NCBI GenBank assembly: GCA_965200295.1
Contig: OZ241347.1
Span: 3,141,727-3,205,726 of the forward strand
Source: Gammaproteobacteria bacterium
Lineage (GTDB): Bacteria > Pseudomonadota > Gammaproteobacteria > Eutrophobiales > Eutrophobiaceae
Length of the DNA: 64,000 nucleotides
Reading direction: 5' to 3'
Shown: one piece after another, positions 1-9,425 of the stretch
Numbering within the stretch: the stretch's first letter is position 1
Layout: each line of letters begins with the position of its first letter
Program-made: the position numbers and the translations under genes
The notes under the pieces: model-generated
Told to the model about the DNA's origin: nothing
The model's database searches: none
What the model saw: only the letters and a program-made list of their open reading frames with translations

Positions 1-909
1 CTGCGCCTGACGCAGCGCCTGCAGCGCTTCCAGGCGTTGCTGTAAGTACTGCCGGACCGTGGTTTCCGCAGTCAGCCGGACTGCCTGCTGCACCCGGGTC
101 ATGATCGAATCTGCGTTGTCGCCGGTGGCAAGGTGTTCAGGGCGCGCCATGGCCCGTTCCACTGTTTTTTGCAGTTTCCCTGACAGCTTCTCGAAAAAGG
201 CCGGCGGCATCCTGCTGGTATCGAAGCTCAGGCCGAAGTCGGCGCTGAGCTTTCCCGTTTCCGGCAATTCCTCGACCATCGCCTGCAGCCGGTTGGTCGT
301 GTCCGCCGCCCCTTGCCGAATGCCGTAACCCCCCAGAAAAATCTTCCTCACGGCCTCGTTGTGCGCGGTCGTTGCCAGCCGTTCCACCATACTCGGAAGA
401 GCGGCCCAGATCTGTTCGCGGCCGCGGTAGTTGTCGCAATCCGCCTGCAGGTTCCGGAACAGAGAGTCAAAATCAATGTGGTCACGCACCGCTTGCGTCA
501 GTTCCCTGCCGCCCGGGAGCGCGGCATAAGGCGCCTTGCCGAATTGCCGCTCGAGCTCGTCCACAACGGCTGCGGCGTCACCCTGCAAGCGCGTGGCCTG
601 CTCGACGCTGCTCCTGACGTGCCGGACATGTAACGGCTTGCCGCGTCGCTGTAACTCGCGTAACGAGTCAAGCTGCATTTTTTCCAGCAGTTGCGCGCCG
701 AACTGGTTCTCCATGGCGCGCAGGAACGTGTCCACGGTCTTGCGGTTGGTGGCGCGCTTGCCGATGCCTGAATTGACAATCCAGCGCAGCATGGGAAAAC
801 GGCTGTTGCGCAGCTTGAGGTTATCCCGGTCGGTGACAGCCAACGTATCTGTGTCGCGCAGGCTGCGGGCGCCGAGCAGGTCGGAAAACTGGTTTAAGTT
901 GATCGTCAT
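1..909 (-). CDS. Orphan protein, probable T3SS effector (C-terminus runs off window edge)
   Basis: Not in ORF track. Translated by hand from ATG at 909: MTINLNQFSDLLGARSLRDTD...ELQRRGKPLHVRHVR..., open to position 1. Directly downstream of two CesT-like chaperone genes. Confidence 0.7.
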   Translation of the reverse strand, partial: MTINLNQFSDLLGARSLRDTDTLAVTDRDNLKLRNSRFPMLRWIVNSGIGKRATNRKTVDTFLRAMENQFGAQLLEKMQLDSLRELQRRGKPLHVRHVRSSVEQATRLQGDAAAVVDELERQFGKAPYAALPGGRELTQAVRDHIDFDSLFRNLQADCDNYRGREQIWAALPSMVERLATTAHNEAVRKIFLGGYGIRQGAADTTNRLQAMVEELPETGKLSADFGLSFDTSRMPPAFFEKLSGKLQKTVERAMARPEHLATGDNADSIMTRVQQAVRLTAETTVRQYLQQRLEALQALRQAQ

Positions 910-914
910 AACAG

Positions 915-1349
915 TCAGCCCGGCGCGCTGGCGTCGTCAGCGTCGCTGAGGAAAGCCGCCAGTTGCGGTCGCCAATAGTCAATCTGGTTGAGAAAATCCT
1001 CCAGCAGCGCCCCCAGGCCCTCACTCTCGAGCCCGGACAGCAGCGCCTGCCCCTTGAGGCGCAAGGCGTTGGTTGCATCCAGTAAAAAGACGCAACCGCC
1101 GGCGCCGGACCCCATGCAGTTGCCCTCGAGCAAAAGCGCCAGCAGCACATTGGCCGGACTGGTCGCCACAGCCAACTGTGCCTCGTCCAGGTGCAACAGT
1201 TCACAGGAAAAATACAGACTGGTCTCGGTCAGGGTGAAATCCAGCCTGTGGGCGTCGAAGTACAGGGACAGTTGCGGGTCTGCGGCGGATGCGAGTTCGG
1301 GGTCAGCGGCCAGCAGTGCCAAATAACTTTGCGCGTGATAGCGCTTCAT
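915..1349 (-). CDS. Class I (CesT/SycE-like) T3SS chaperone
   Basis: 144 aa, acidic. LLEGN..G.GAGG..F.LD motif and amphipathic C-terminal helix (LEDFLNQIDYWR). Confidence 0.75.
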   Translation of the reverse strand: MKRYHAQSYLALLAADPELASAADPQLSLYFDAHRLDFTLTETSLYFSCELLHLDEAQLAVATSPANVLLALLLEGNCMGSGAGGCVFLLDATNALRLKGQALLSGLESEGLGALLEDFLNQIDYWRPQLAAFLSDADDASAPG

Positions 1350-1350
1350 G

Positions 1351-1812
1351 TCAGACTCTGAGACCAGGGCCGGGGCCGGTGAAGTCCTGTGGCGCTACGG
1401 GCGCAGTGGGAAGCTGCTTGAGGCGCAGTTGTACATCCGCTGCAAGCTCCAGGAAGCGGATCATAATCGCTTCCAGCAGGTCGGCTTGCGGCGCGCACAG
1501 CGGCCTGATGACTGCACACAGCGCAATACTGTCTGAGTCGCGGTCCGTAGCCATGGCCGCCACGCCGTCGGCAAACTCCAATTCCGCATTCATGCCCAAC
1601 AGCGCACGACAAATCCCGGCCTGATCCAAAAAATCAGACAGGCGCGCCAGCTCGGTGTGCAGGAGCAACCGGTCGGCGTCGATATCGGCGACCAGGGTAC
1701 AGGCAGTGTCGTCAAATTCCAGGCAGATACAGTCGTTCTCGTCGAAACTGAGCTCCGGTATCCCGACCAGTTGCGCCATGCTATCGGCAATTTGTGCCAG
1801 CACTGTCTGCAA
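1351..1812 (-). CDS. Class I (CesT family) T3SS chaperone
   Basis: 153 aa, acidic. GIPELSFDENDCICLEFDD N-terminus and LLGMN motif typical of CesT/Tir chaperones. Confidence 0.8.
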   Translation of the reverse strand: MQTVLAQIADSMAQLVGIPELSFDENDCICLEFDDTACTLVADIDADRLLLHTELARLSDFLDQAGICRALLGMNAELEFADGVAAMATDRDSDSIALCAVIRPLCAPQADLLEAIMIRFLELAADVQLRLKQLPTAPVAPQDFTGPGPGLRV

Positions 1813-1883
1813 GCGATATTGACCTGTTCAGCGGGACGGATAAGTGGGGCGGCAAGCGCTTGGGCGCCAGGCACGCGGCGGCG

Positions 1884-2411
1884 TCATGGCGTCGCGCCCG
1901 TGTTCTCCCCGGCAGGGACTTTCACCTCAATGACCCGCTGCCACGCCTGTGCCTTGTCAACAAACTGGCGTATCTTGCTCTTGTCTTTGCCGTAAACCGC
2001 GTCGGCTACCTCAAAAAAGGACTCCAGGGTTTGCTTTGCGCGCGCCCATTCTCGATTCTGCATCAGGCACTCGGCGGCATGAAAGTACAGCTTCACGTTT
2101 GTGGCATCGAGCAGTGCGGCCATGGAATAGGCATCCGTCGCCAGCGACCACTTTTTCTGTTTGTGCAGCGTCACCGCCAACGCCGTCCAGCAACGCGCAT
2201 CCTGGCCCTCGCACAGCACCAGGAAATTAAACACACCTTTTGCCCGCTCCAAATCGCCTTTGCCCAGCAACTGGTGGCCGGCGGCATACAGGGCCTCGAC
2301 CTGCGCCCGGGTCAGGTCAAAGGCGCCCGGCAAGCCATCGAGGTGCAACCTGTCAAAGGCTGCCGAAACCTGTTCCAGCGATACTTCAACGTCGTCTTCT
2401 TTATAGTCCAT
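1884..2411 (-). CDS. Class II translocator chaperone (SycD/LcrH, TPR)
   Basis: EALYAAGHQLL..G..E.A..VF.FL, A..YS.AALLD, YFHAAECL pattern. Adjacent to the major translocator gene. Confidence 0.88.
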   Translation of the reverse strand: MDYKEDDVEVSLEQVSAAFDRLHLDGLPGAFDLTRAQVEALYAAGHQLLGKGDLERAKGVFNFLVLCEGQDARCWTALAVTLHKQKKWSLATDAYSMAALLDATNVKLYFHAAECLMQNREWARAKQTLESFFEVADAVYGKDKSKIRQFVDKAQAWQRVIEVKVPAGENTGATP

Positions 2412-2429
2412 AATGGATACCTGGGGCGA

Positions 2430-3806
2430 TCATATCGTATGCGCGTTCGATTCAAAGATGCTGTCCTGAGTCTTTGCCGACTCGGCGACCAGCTGGGCCG
2501 TTTGCTGTATCTGCTCTTGCAGTTGTGCGATGACCTTTTTCATGTCTGCGATGGCCTGCTCGTTCATGGCATCGAACTTGTGCAGTTCCGCAGCCAGTTG
2601 CTGGGCGTCAGCCTGAGCCTCGCTGGCGTCACGCTCGGCAAAGCCGGCCTCCATGTTTTCCGCGCCCTGGCCGATGGTCAGCCCGCCGCCGATCACATTG
2701 GCGCCGCGGTTCGCCCACTTGGCGGCTGTCATGACCCGGGCGCTCTTGCCACTGACCTTTGCCGCCTGACCGGCAGTTTCCGCCGTCTCGCTGGCCGTGT
2801 CCGCGCTCTCACCGGCCACATTGGTGGTCTCGGTGGCTACATCCGCCACCTCGGTGCCCAGCTCTGTCACTTCCGCAGCCGCGTCGGCGGTTTCTGCGGC
2901 AGTCTCACCGATTTCGGCGCCGGCTTCGGCAACGGTGGAGGCGGATTCAGCAACCTCAGCGCTGGCCTCGGCAACGGTGGCGCCGGCCTCCGCAACAGTG
3001 GCGCCGGTTTCCGCAGCGGTGGCGCCGGCCTCCGCAGCAGTAGCGCCGGTTTCTGCGACAGTGGCGGTCAGTTCTGTGGCCGCGGAGGCAACGCCGGCCG
3101 ATGCCGCACCGCCACTCATGATCGCCGCGGTAATATTCATGATGAGCATGGTGACTGCCAGACCCACGGAAAATATCATTTTCTGCTTGGCGTTCATGCC
3201 TGCGGCGTCCATCATCTTTTCCATGCCGCCGGTCTCCTGGGCGATCATCACACCTAAGGTAATGGTTGCCGCGGCGAGTAACGGCGCCGCGGCCAGCCCG
3301 CCGCTGGCGACGGCGACGATACCTGCCACCGCGAACATCAGACCCACTGCCACCCAACCGAAAATTTTGCCGATGCTGGAGTGTTTGGCAGCCTTGTGCT
3401 GCTTCTCTATGGCGGTCTTGAGTTTATCGAGGCGCTCCTCGTTTTTCTGCTTTTTCTCGGCCTCATTCGCCTTGAGATCGCTCTCTGAATTTTTCTGCCG
3501 TTCAACGGCAAATTGTTGCACCAGAGACGTCATTTGCAGGATCATGTTGGTCGGGTCTGACACGGTTGGCTGCGCCAGCACGCCTTCAGGGTCGGTGCTC
3601 GTAGCGCTGGCGGTGGTATCGGCGGCATCGTAATCCGCCTGCGCGCCGCCCGCCTTCTTGCCGGCGCCGGTCTTGCCGACACCCTTGACCTGACCGGATT
3701 GCGCAACACCCTGAGCTCCGGCGGGATTGTCCGACTGTGTGGCCGGCAGGTCACCGGGGACGGCGCCCCCGGTGCGCACGGTATTGGCGCTGACTGCACT
3801 GGTCAT
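2430..3806 (-). CDS. sctE: T3SS major translocator SctE (YopB/IpaB/BopB/SseC family)
   Basis: Coiled coil, then GKIFGWVAVG and long hydrophobic segments, then C-terminal coiled coil. Flanked by two LcrH-like chaperones. Confidence 0.85.
   Translation of the reverse strand: MTSAVSANTVRTGGAVPGDLPATQSDNPAGAQGVAQSGQVKGVGKTGAGKKAGGAQADYDAADTTASATSTDPEGVLAQPTVSDPTNMILQMTSLVQQFAVERQKNSESDLKANEAEKKQKNEERLDKLKTAIEKQHKAAKHSSIGKIFGWVAVGLMFAVAGIVAVASGGLAAAPLLAAATITLGVMIAQETGGMEKMMDAAGMNAKQKMIFSVGLAVTMLIMNITAAIMSGGAASAGVASAATELTATVAETGATAAEAGATAAETGATVAEAGATVAEASAEVAESASTVAEAGAEIGETAAETADAAAEVTELGTEVADVATETTNVAGESADTASETAETAGQAAKVSGKSARVMTAAKWANRGANVIGGGLTIGQGAENMEAGFAERDASEAQADAQQLAAELHKFDAMNEQAIADMKKVIAQLQEQIQQTAQLVAESAKTQDSIFESNAHTI
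2915..3065 (-). repeat. Degenerate 21-bp tandem repeat encoding E[TA]GAT[AV]A heptads inside SctE
   Basis: Protein reads ETGATAA EAGATAA ETGATVA EAGATVA EASAEVA ESASTVA. DNA shows ggcgccgg recurring at ~21-bp spacing. Confidence 0.8.
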
Positions 3807-3885
3807 AATCTCTAATCTCCTGTCACCGACGCCGCCGTACCGGCGGGCGCCTGCATAGTCAATATCAAACGTCGCCCAATCAATA

Positions 3886-4392
3886 TCAGGCGTCGCTCAG
3901 GGCCTGACCCAGGGCCAGCGCCTGCGTGCGCGCCGCGGAGTCTGTATCCGGCAATGCCTCAAGCACCGACTGCACTACCGTGCGGGCCTGCTGTCTGGCG
4001 CCCGAGCCGGCAAACAAGCGCGCCGCATTCAGGCACGCTTCGGCCCATTCGGAGCTGCCTCGTTGCATCAGCATGGCGCTGAAATGCCAACAAATTGCCG
4101 CCTTGGGATAATTCCTGAGCGCTTGCAGGCAATAGCCGTAGCCCTGCAAATACTTCAGGTTTTCATGGTCATACAGGCACAGCAGCTCAAACCCACGCGC
4201 GGCTGCCTCATAATCCCCGACCAGATACCGTTCATAACTGACGTTGAACAGGCCTTCCATTTGCGCAGGGGTGATGCCGCGCCGCGCGGCCAGGTTTTCA
4301 TGGCCTTGCAGCAGCGCGCCGCCGACTTCGCCGAAGCCGGCCGGTAACGGCGCGCCGGCGCCGCCTGCCGATTGTTCAAGCGCCATGCTCAC
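3886..4392 (-). CDS. Class II chaperone (SycD/LcrH, TPR)
   Basis: GIT..QMEGLFNVSYERY..GDYE.A..GFELLCLYDH.N..Y..G.G.CLQ is the LcrH signature pattern. Confidence 0.85.
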   Translation of the reverse strand: MSMALEQSAGGAGAPLPAGFGEVGGALLQGHENLAARRGITPAQMEGLFNVSYERYLVGDYEAAARGFELLCLYDHENLKYLQGYGYCLQALRNYPKAAICWHFSAMLMQRGSSEWAEACLNAARLFAGSGARQQARTVVQSVLEALPDTDSAARTQALALGQALSDA

Positions 4393-4937
4393 CGGCCCAG
4401 GTTGCTGGCGATATCCTTGCTCAAACTATGTTGCTTCTCCTCATTCTTGCTGGCGGCGGTAATGGAGGTATCGAGGTTATTGGTCCCGGTTTTCAATTTC
4501 AACATCTCCATCTGGTTGGTATCCTGCATATTATCAAGGCCGCCTTGTATGTTCTCCTTCCATACGTCCAGTTCATCACTGGACCACTTGCCGTCATTAC
4601 CTACATCTTCGGGGGTAGCGATGTGGTGCTTGTCGCAAAATTCCTTGATACCCTCGGGCAAGTGATGGAGGTCTTCTTTTTTGTTCTTAAGGTTACGCAG
4701 TTCCTGCAGAAAACGTCTGGCTTCCTTGATATCATTCAGGTTTTCCTTGGCGGACGTGAGCCTGTCGTTCACCAGCGAGCTGTAGGTTTGCGCGCGCTCG
4801 ATGAACAACATGGAGACGGCTTGCAATACGGACATATTAACGCCGTTATAGGTCACGCGTCCATCGTGATTCCCAACAACCTCATTGCCGGTATTATGGT
4901 TTACACCGGAAACATTGGTATTGATACTGGTAGTCAT
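4389..4937 (-). CDS. Bsp22/EspA/SseB-like filament (tip) protein, paralog 1
   Basis: LFIERAQ N-terminal helix. C-terminal GLDNMQDTNQMEMLKLK...SLSKDIASNL resembles, from recall, the Bordetella Bsp22 C-terminus (LDTASNTQQMDMIRLQ). Confidence 0.72.
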   Translation of the reverse strand: MTTSINTNVSGVNHNTGNEVVGNHDGRVTYNGVNMSVLQAVSMLFIERAQTYSSLVNDRLTSAKENLNDIKEARRFLQELRNLKNKKEDLHHLPEGIKEFCDKHHIATPEDVGNDGKWSSDELDVWKENIQGGLDNMQDTNQMEMLKLKTGTNNLDTSITAASKNEEKQHSLSKDIASNLGR

Positions 4938-4979
4938 CAGTACACCTCTTCTGTGCAGTCTTGTTGTATTACTCTGCGC

Positions 4980-5315
4980 CTATACGCGGGTCATACGGGC
5001 GCGCCGGGGCTTGGCTGCCGGCTGCGACGCCGCGCCGGAATTCATTTCGGCCATGAGGCGTTTTTCCTCGGCGAATATGGCCTCCTGGGCGTCCATGCCG
5101 TCAAAAATTTCGTTGCGCAACGCATCGAGTTCTGCCGAGGGTCCGCCACCCGACAGGAACTCGCTGAGCCGGGTATCGTCAAGGTCATCAAGGCCGTAGG
5201 CTGTAAACATCTCTTTGGCCCGGTCCAGCGCGGCTTCGGCCTCCGCGATGAGTTGCTCGGCCTCGCGCTCAAGACGCTCGTGTTCATCATCTGCATACTT
5301 TGGTAGCTGTGTCAT
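4980..5315 (-). CDS. Small acidic helical protein, candidate filament-protein chaperone
   Basis: 111 aa, acidic with basic tail KPRRARMTRV. Lies between the two Bsp22-like genes; function inferred from position only. Confidence 0.5.
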   Translation of the reverse strand: MTQLPKYADDEHERLEREAEQLIAEAEAALDRAKEMFTAYGLDDLDDTRLSEFLSGGGPSAELDALRNEIFDGMDAQEAIFAEEKRLMAEMNSGAASQPAAKPRRARMTRV

Positions 5316-5346
5316 TGCCGTTTATCACTCTGTTGGTATTGCTTAT

Positions 5347-5500
5347 GGTAACCTCTAAAAATGCCCTCCGTGGCACATAAACAGAGACGGAAACGAAAAA
5401 ATGCGATTTTTCGTTTCCTTCATTTTCAAGCACTTACGTGCTTAAAAATGGCAGCATATCCATAATGCTGCACGGGCGCCTCTAATTTTTAGAGGCGCCC
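5347..5500 (+). mobile_element. MITE-like five-hairpin repeat, full copy
   Basis: Ends ggtaacctctaaaaa ... tttttagaggcgccc. Flanked by TTAT at 5343-5346 and 5501-5504. Confidence 0.9.
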
Positions 5501-5553
5501 TTATCAATATCGGGAACAAGCTGCGCTTGTCCTCAGTTCAGGTTCTGTCAGCT

Positions 5554-6156
5554 TCAGCCGGTAAAAATCTGCTTTGCGATGTGGGCGCTTTTGTCCTGAA
5601 CCTTGCCGGCGCCGGACACGGACGCATCGAGCTCCTTGGAAATAGCCTTCAATTTCGTCATCAGTATCCGCAGGTCATTGCTCCACTTCTCGCGCAAGCC
5701 GTTGGCGGAAGTGATGTTGTAGTCCCATTCGCCCTTGGTATGATAATTGTCATGGGCTGTGGTATCGAGCTTGATATCCCATTCCTTGCAGAATGCCACG
5801 GTCTCGGCGTCCATTTCGGAGGCGTGACCATGGCCGCCGGCCTGCTGCTTGCTGATGCGCATCCTTTGCAGCGCCCGGTTCATCTCCTTGTAATGGTTCA
5901 GCTTATCCTGCACATCTCCAAGCCTGTCTTTGGTCAGCGTGCCGAATACCTGTGCGCGCTCGACAAACAACAGCCCGACCATGGAGTCGGTAGCCATCAG
6001 CTTGCCACCGACGCTGATGCCTTCCTCCGCAGCCGCCCCGACGGCGCCGCGCTCAGCGGAGCCGGTTTTTGCGGCGGCTTCTGCGCCTTGCGCCTGGGGC
6101 GTGTTCAGACTGGTGGCGGAGGCGCCAATACCGGCGCTGCTATCAATTGTCATCAA
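5554..6156 (-). CDS. Bsp22/EspA-like filament protein, paralog 2
   Basis: LLFVERAQVFGTLTKDRL aligns with MLFIERAQTYSSLVNDRL of 4389..4937. Shared FC...I and C-terminal KLK...LD.S motifs. Confidence 0.65.
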   Translation of the reverse strand: MMTIDSSAGIGASATSLNTPQAQGAEAAAKTGSAERGAVGAAAEEGISVGGKLMATDSMVGLLFVERAQVFGTLTKDRLGDVQDKLNHYKEMNRALQRMRISKQQAGGHGHASEMDAETVAFCKEWDIKLDTTAHDNYHTKGEWDYNITSANGLREKWSNDLRILMTKLKAISKELDASVSGAGKVQDKSAHIAKQIFTG

Positions 6157-6188
6157 TCAGTTCCTCATACCGGGCGCCCGCCAGCGTG

Positions 6189-8681
6189 CTACGTCGCCCG
6201 GTTGGCAAATGCTTCGACATCGGCGCGCAACTGGTACAGCTCCTCGGCGGTCAACGGCGCCGCCCCCTTGCCGGCGCCCTCCTGCGCCTGCAACAGGCGC
6301 TCGGCCAGCGCCTGCCCCTGTTGCAGCCAGTTCCTGACGCCTTGATCCTGATCCGGCGCTGCATCCAACATCCTTACATAGGCATTGTTTTTGCCCGAGG
6401 TGCAGTAATCCTTGAACGCGGCCGGCAGGTCTTCGCTATAGCGGCCTGTCAGGATCATGGGGGCAAGCTCCTCGAGTTGCTGCGACTGCGCCTGCCAAGC
6501 CGCAACGGTCTGCTCATGGCCCAGCCCGTACGCACCGTTGAGGCTCTCGGCCGGCAGATTTTCCATCCGCAACAACCCCTTGTTAAAATTTTCCAGCGCT
6601 GTCGGCAACCGCCGCAACGCCCGGTCGCCTTCTTCATCCGAGATAAATGCGGCAACCTGAGCGGCGCTGCGCTGCGGATTGACTATTTCATTCTCAATCA
6701 CCGCACGCGTGTGATTGACGGCATTGCGAAAACTGTCCAGCACGATGGCAATGGCTTGCGGGCTACCGTAGCCCGCCACCTGCGCCGCCGGCCACTCCTG
6801 CTCCAGGGCGGCCAGTTGCGTCCGGTAAGCATCCTGATATTCCGCCTCGAGCGGACGCGCGCCCTGATCGGCAACGGCATCCTGCAGCACGGTGCGCAAC
6901 AGGTTCACGGCGCGCTGCTTGTTGGCGTCGGACTCTGCCGGGTCATTGATAATGATCCCCAGGCACAGTCTGGCATTCTCCATACCGGCGCCGCGCAACG
7001 CCGTGCGCACCGGCGCGCCGGCAGTGTTCATTGCCACCCCACCCGGCGCCGCGTACACCTGTTTGGCGAGGTAATCGAGCATCTTCGAGGGCTGCAGCAA
7101 CGGGCTGCCCAGCAGCTGTTTGAGCTGCTCCGGCTGCTGAGCCCAATCCCGCTGAAATCGGGTTGCGCCCTTGATCCTGTTGTTGCGGTCGTAACCATCG
7201 ATAATTTTTCGCGCCAGACCAAAAGCCTGCAACAGTTCTTTTTCGTCGGCGGGAGATACATCCTCTCCCGCCGCCGCCTGTTCTTCCATCAGCATGATGG
7301 ATTCCCGGGTATTATCAAGATCGTAATTCATCTTGCCGCGGCCGGTGTCCGTCAGGTTGCGGTTGTAGGCCTTGATGTCGGGCAGGTTCGGGTCGGCGAC
7401 GCCAGAGGCGCTGTCCGCGGCGTTGTAGGTCTGGTCGCTTGCTCTGAGCTCGTGGCTTTTGACCTGCACCGGGTCGGCGGACCAACTCACATGCCGATCG
7501 GCGTTGGGCACATGCCGGTCGGCGTTGGCACTTTCCCCGTGCGTCGGCTGGCGCAACGCACCGGGCGGGGCTGCCGGCGCCGGCTTGCCCAGATTGAAAA
7601 ACTCACGCGTCTGTGCGGATAACTTTTCAGATAACCGGGGAGACAGCTCGGCGCCGTCGTCCAAAAAGCGGGCGACCTCATTCCCGGCTCGGGGTTCGCG
7701 TTCAACCGTGTCGCCGACAGCCGCGTCCGGCATTTCGAATCTGGCGCCCTGCGCGCCGTGCAGTTCCGCATCGTGTATGGCCGCCAGCATCGCCAGGTAA
7801 CCTTCTTTGAAGCGCCCGGCCTGCTCCTGGGCGACCTTGGTCAGGTCGGCCACCTGCGTCATCAGTTGCGCCATGCGGTCGGTGTTGGCGTTGCGCTCGC
7901 CTACCGGGTTGGCGGCTGCCTCGGCCTTCAACAGGGCGTCGAGCTGGCGTTGCTTTGCCAGCAATTCGGGCGGCTTGAGCAAGGCCTGTTCGACGCTGCG
8001 CAGCTCCTTTACCATCATGTCCGCCCGGCCTGAGATGAGGCCGTGCCGGAGGCGGCCGGCCGTGGTGTCCGTGGTGGCGATGTTGGCCGGCGGCATTAAC
8101 TCCCGGTCCTCGCTTAGCTGCGCATAAGCCATGCGCGCTTCCAGCCACGAGGCCTCGGAATAATTGCCGTCGGTGTTGGTCACCATGGCCGGGGTCATCA
8201 TCCATTTCTCCGGGTTCATCACCCGGTCGGCGATTTCCAGCCGGTCGCTGCGGCGTTGCGATACGGTCTGCGTAATGTCTGCGGCAAGCTCGGCGCCTGC
8301 CTGTGCCGTGATCTGCCCGTCGTGCAGCTTGCGCTGCACCTTGCGGTCAACCAGCGTTGCCAACTCCCGGTCCAGGTGCAGGTCCTGCTTGATCAACCCG
8401 GCAAAGTTTTTGATGCTGGTCGCGCGGTTTTCCTGCAGGTCTCTGGCGATGGCCTCGTAACGCTGCGCGCCCACGGCCGTTTTGATAAACCGTTGCGCCA
8501 TGCTGCCCTGGCTGACGCGCCCACTTTCAGCATAGGCCACCAGCTTGCCTCTCACGCCGCCGGAGACATGGCTGCGCACCAGCTCGCCCTGCTCATTGAG
8601 GCGCTCGCGAAAACCGGCGCCGAGCGCTTTTTGCAGGCCGTCGTAAGGTGTTTGCAGTGACGTTTGCGAGGTTATCGACAT
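6189..8681 (-). CDS. 830-aa orphan, probable T3SS effector (GVxGKLVA N-terminal domain family)
   Basis: Ser/Thr-rich N-terminus, downstream of a class I chaperone. FRERLNEQGEL...GGVRGKLVAY motif shared with 29182 and 52359 ORFs. Confidence 0.7.
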   Translation of the reverse strand: MSITSQTSLQTPYDGLQKALGAGFRERLNEQGELVRSHVSGGVRGKLVAYAESGRVSQGSMAQRFIKTAVGAQRYEAIARDLQENRATSIKNFAGLIKQDLHLDRELATLVDRKVQRKLHDGQITAQAGAELAADITQTVSQRRSDRLEIADRVMNPEKWMMTPAMVTNTDGNYSEASWLEARMAYAQLSEDRELMPPANIATTDTTAGRLRHGLISGRADMMVKELRSVEQALLKPPELLAKQRQLDALLKAEAAANPVGERNANTDRMAQLMTQVADLTKVAQEQAGRFKEGYLAMLAAIHDAELHGAQGARFEMPDAAVGDTVEREPRAGNEVARFLDDGAELSPRLSEKLSAQTREFFNLGKPAPAAPPGALRQPTHGESANADRHVPNADRHVSWSADPVQVKSHELRASDQTYNAADSASGVADPNLPDIKAYNRNLTDTGRGKMNYDLDNTRESIMLMEEQAAAGEDVSPADEKELLQAFGLARKIIDGYDRNNRIKGATRFQRDWAQQPEQLKQLLGSPLLQPSKMLDYLAKQVYAAPGGVAMNTAGAPVRTALRGAGMENARLCLGIIINDPAESDANKQRAVNLLRTVLQDAVADQGARPLEAEYQDAYRTQLAALEQEWPAAQVAGYGSPQAIAIVLDSFRNAVNHTRAVIENEIVNPQRSAAQVAAFISDEEGDRALRRLPTALENFNKGLLRMENLPAESLNGAYGLGHEQTVAAWQAQSQQLEELAPMILTGRYSEDLPAAFKDYCTSGKNNAYVRMLDAAPDQDQGVRNWLQQGQALAERLLQAQEGAGKGAAPLTAEELYQLRADVEAFANRAT

Positions 8682-8746
8682 GGCTTCTAACCGGGTTCGC
8701 AGCTATGATTACAGTTGTCTGTCAGCGCCTGCGGCCCGGCATGTAC

Positions 8747-9235
8747 TCAGATGCGGTTCAGCATGTGCTCCTGCCCCAGGTCGGTCGGCTGCGGCTGTGC
8801 AGGGGCGGGGGCGGCGGCATCCAGCTCCAGGGTCAGATAGTCCGCATTGTTCAGGTACAGGGCCCGCGTCCATTGTTCGATGCGTTCCAGAAACAGTTTG
8901 AAACAGTCAATGAATTTGGCCTGCTCCAGGCGCGCGCTGTTCAGAGACAGGCAGATAATCAAAGATTTGCTGTCGGGCTCCACCGCATAGCGATAATACT
9001 GCGGGTCGCTCACATTTCTGAAATTCTCAGTCAACAGGCGCAGGTACAGGTCCGGCTGTTCGGGCAGTTCGTCCAGCACTGCGCTGAGGTGCACCAGACT
9101 GTGCTCCACGACGATAAATATCGCCATTTCCGAATCCACGGTCAGCAGCAAGCGGCCGTCCTCGCGAAACCCGTCGCTATCAATGCCGCAGTACTCCAGC
9201 AGACCCTCTACCAGGGAATAGGCTTCAGTTGACAT
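8747..9235 (-). CDS. Class I T3SS chaperone
   Basis: 162 aa, acidic, LL.EN motif, C-terminal FLERIEQW helix. Precedes the 830-aa ORF. Confidence 0.7.
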   Translation of the reverse strand: MSTEAYSLVEGLLEYCGIDSDGFREDGRLLLTVDSEMAIFIVVEHSLVHLSAVLDELPEQPDLYLRLLTENFRNVSDPQYYRYAVEPDSKSLIICLSLNSARLEQAKFIDCFKLFLERIEQWTRALYLNNADYLTLELDAAAPAPAQPQPTDLGQEHMLNRI

Positions 9236-9312
9236 AAGTTATGTTGACACCCGCCGCAAGTGGCTACCAGGAAACCGGGCTGCATGAGGCAGAGCATGTA
9301 AGGCTGGGCATG

Positions 9313-9341
9313 TTGCAATCCGGTTCAAAAAACAGTACAAT
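9313..9341 (+). promoter_or_regulatory. Putative sigma70 promoter for the sctB-sctV operon
   Basis: TTGCAA (9313)-17 bp-TACAAT (9336). Confidence 0.5.
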
Positions 9342-9425
9342 CAAATTTCGAATGCTGCGGTCACTGTAGCACAGGATTTCCGCCTCTGCAACCCCCCCGG
9401 AGCTTAACCACCGGAGCTTAACATA

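Noticed and set aside
1794-3257. Long antisense ORFs (also 6069-7622, 10083-11450, 13249-14580, 59670-61298)
   Set aside because: They are shadow frames of well-supported GC-rich genes on the opposite strand and have no motifs of their own.
7488-7530. 21-bp duplication (NADRHV x2) in the 830-aa ORF, and QHV..RAA x2 in the 421-aa ORF
   Set aside because: Two-copy repeats in low-complexity linkers are common and carry no further signal.
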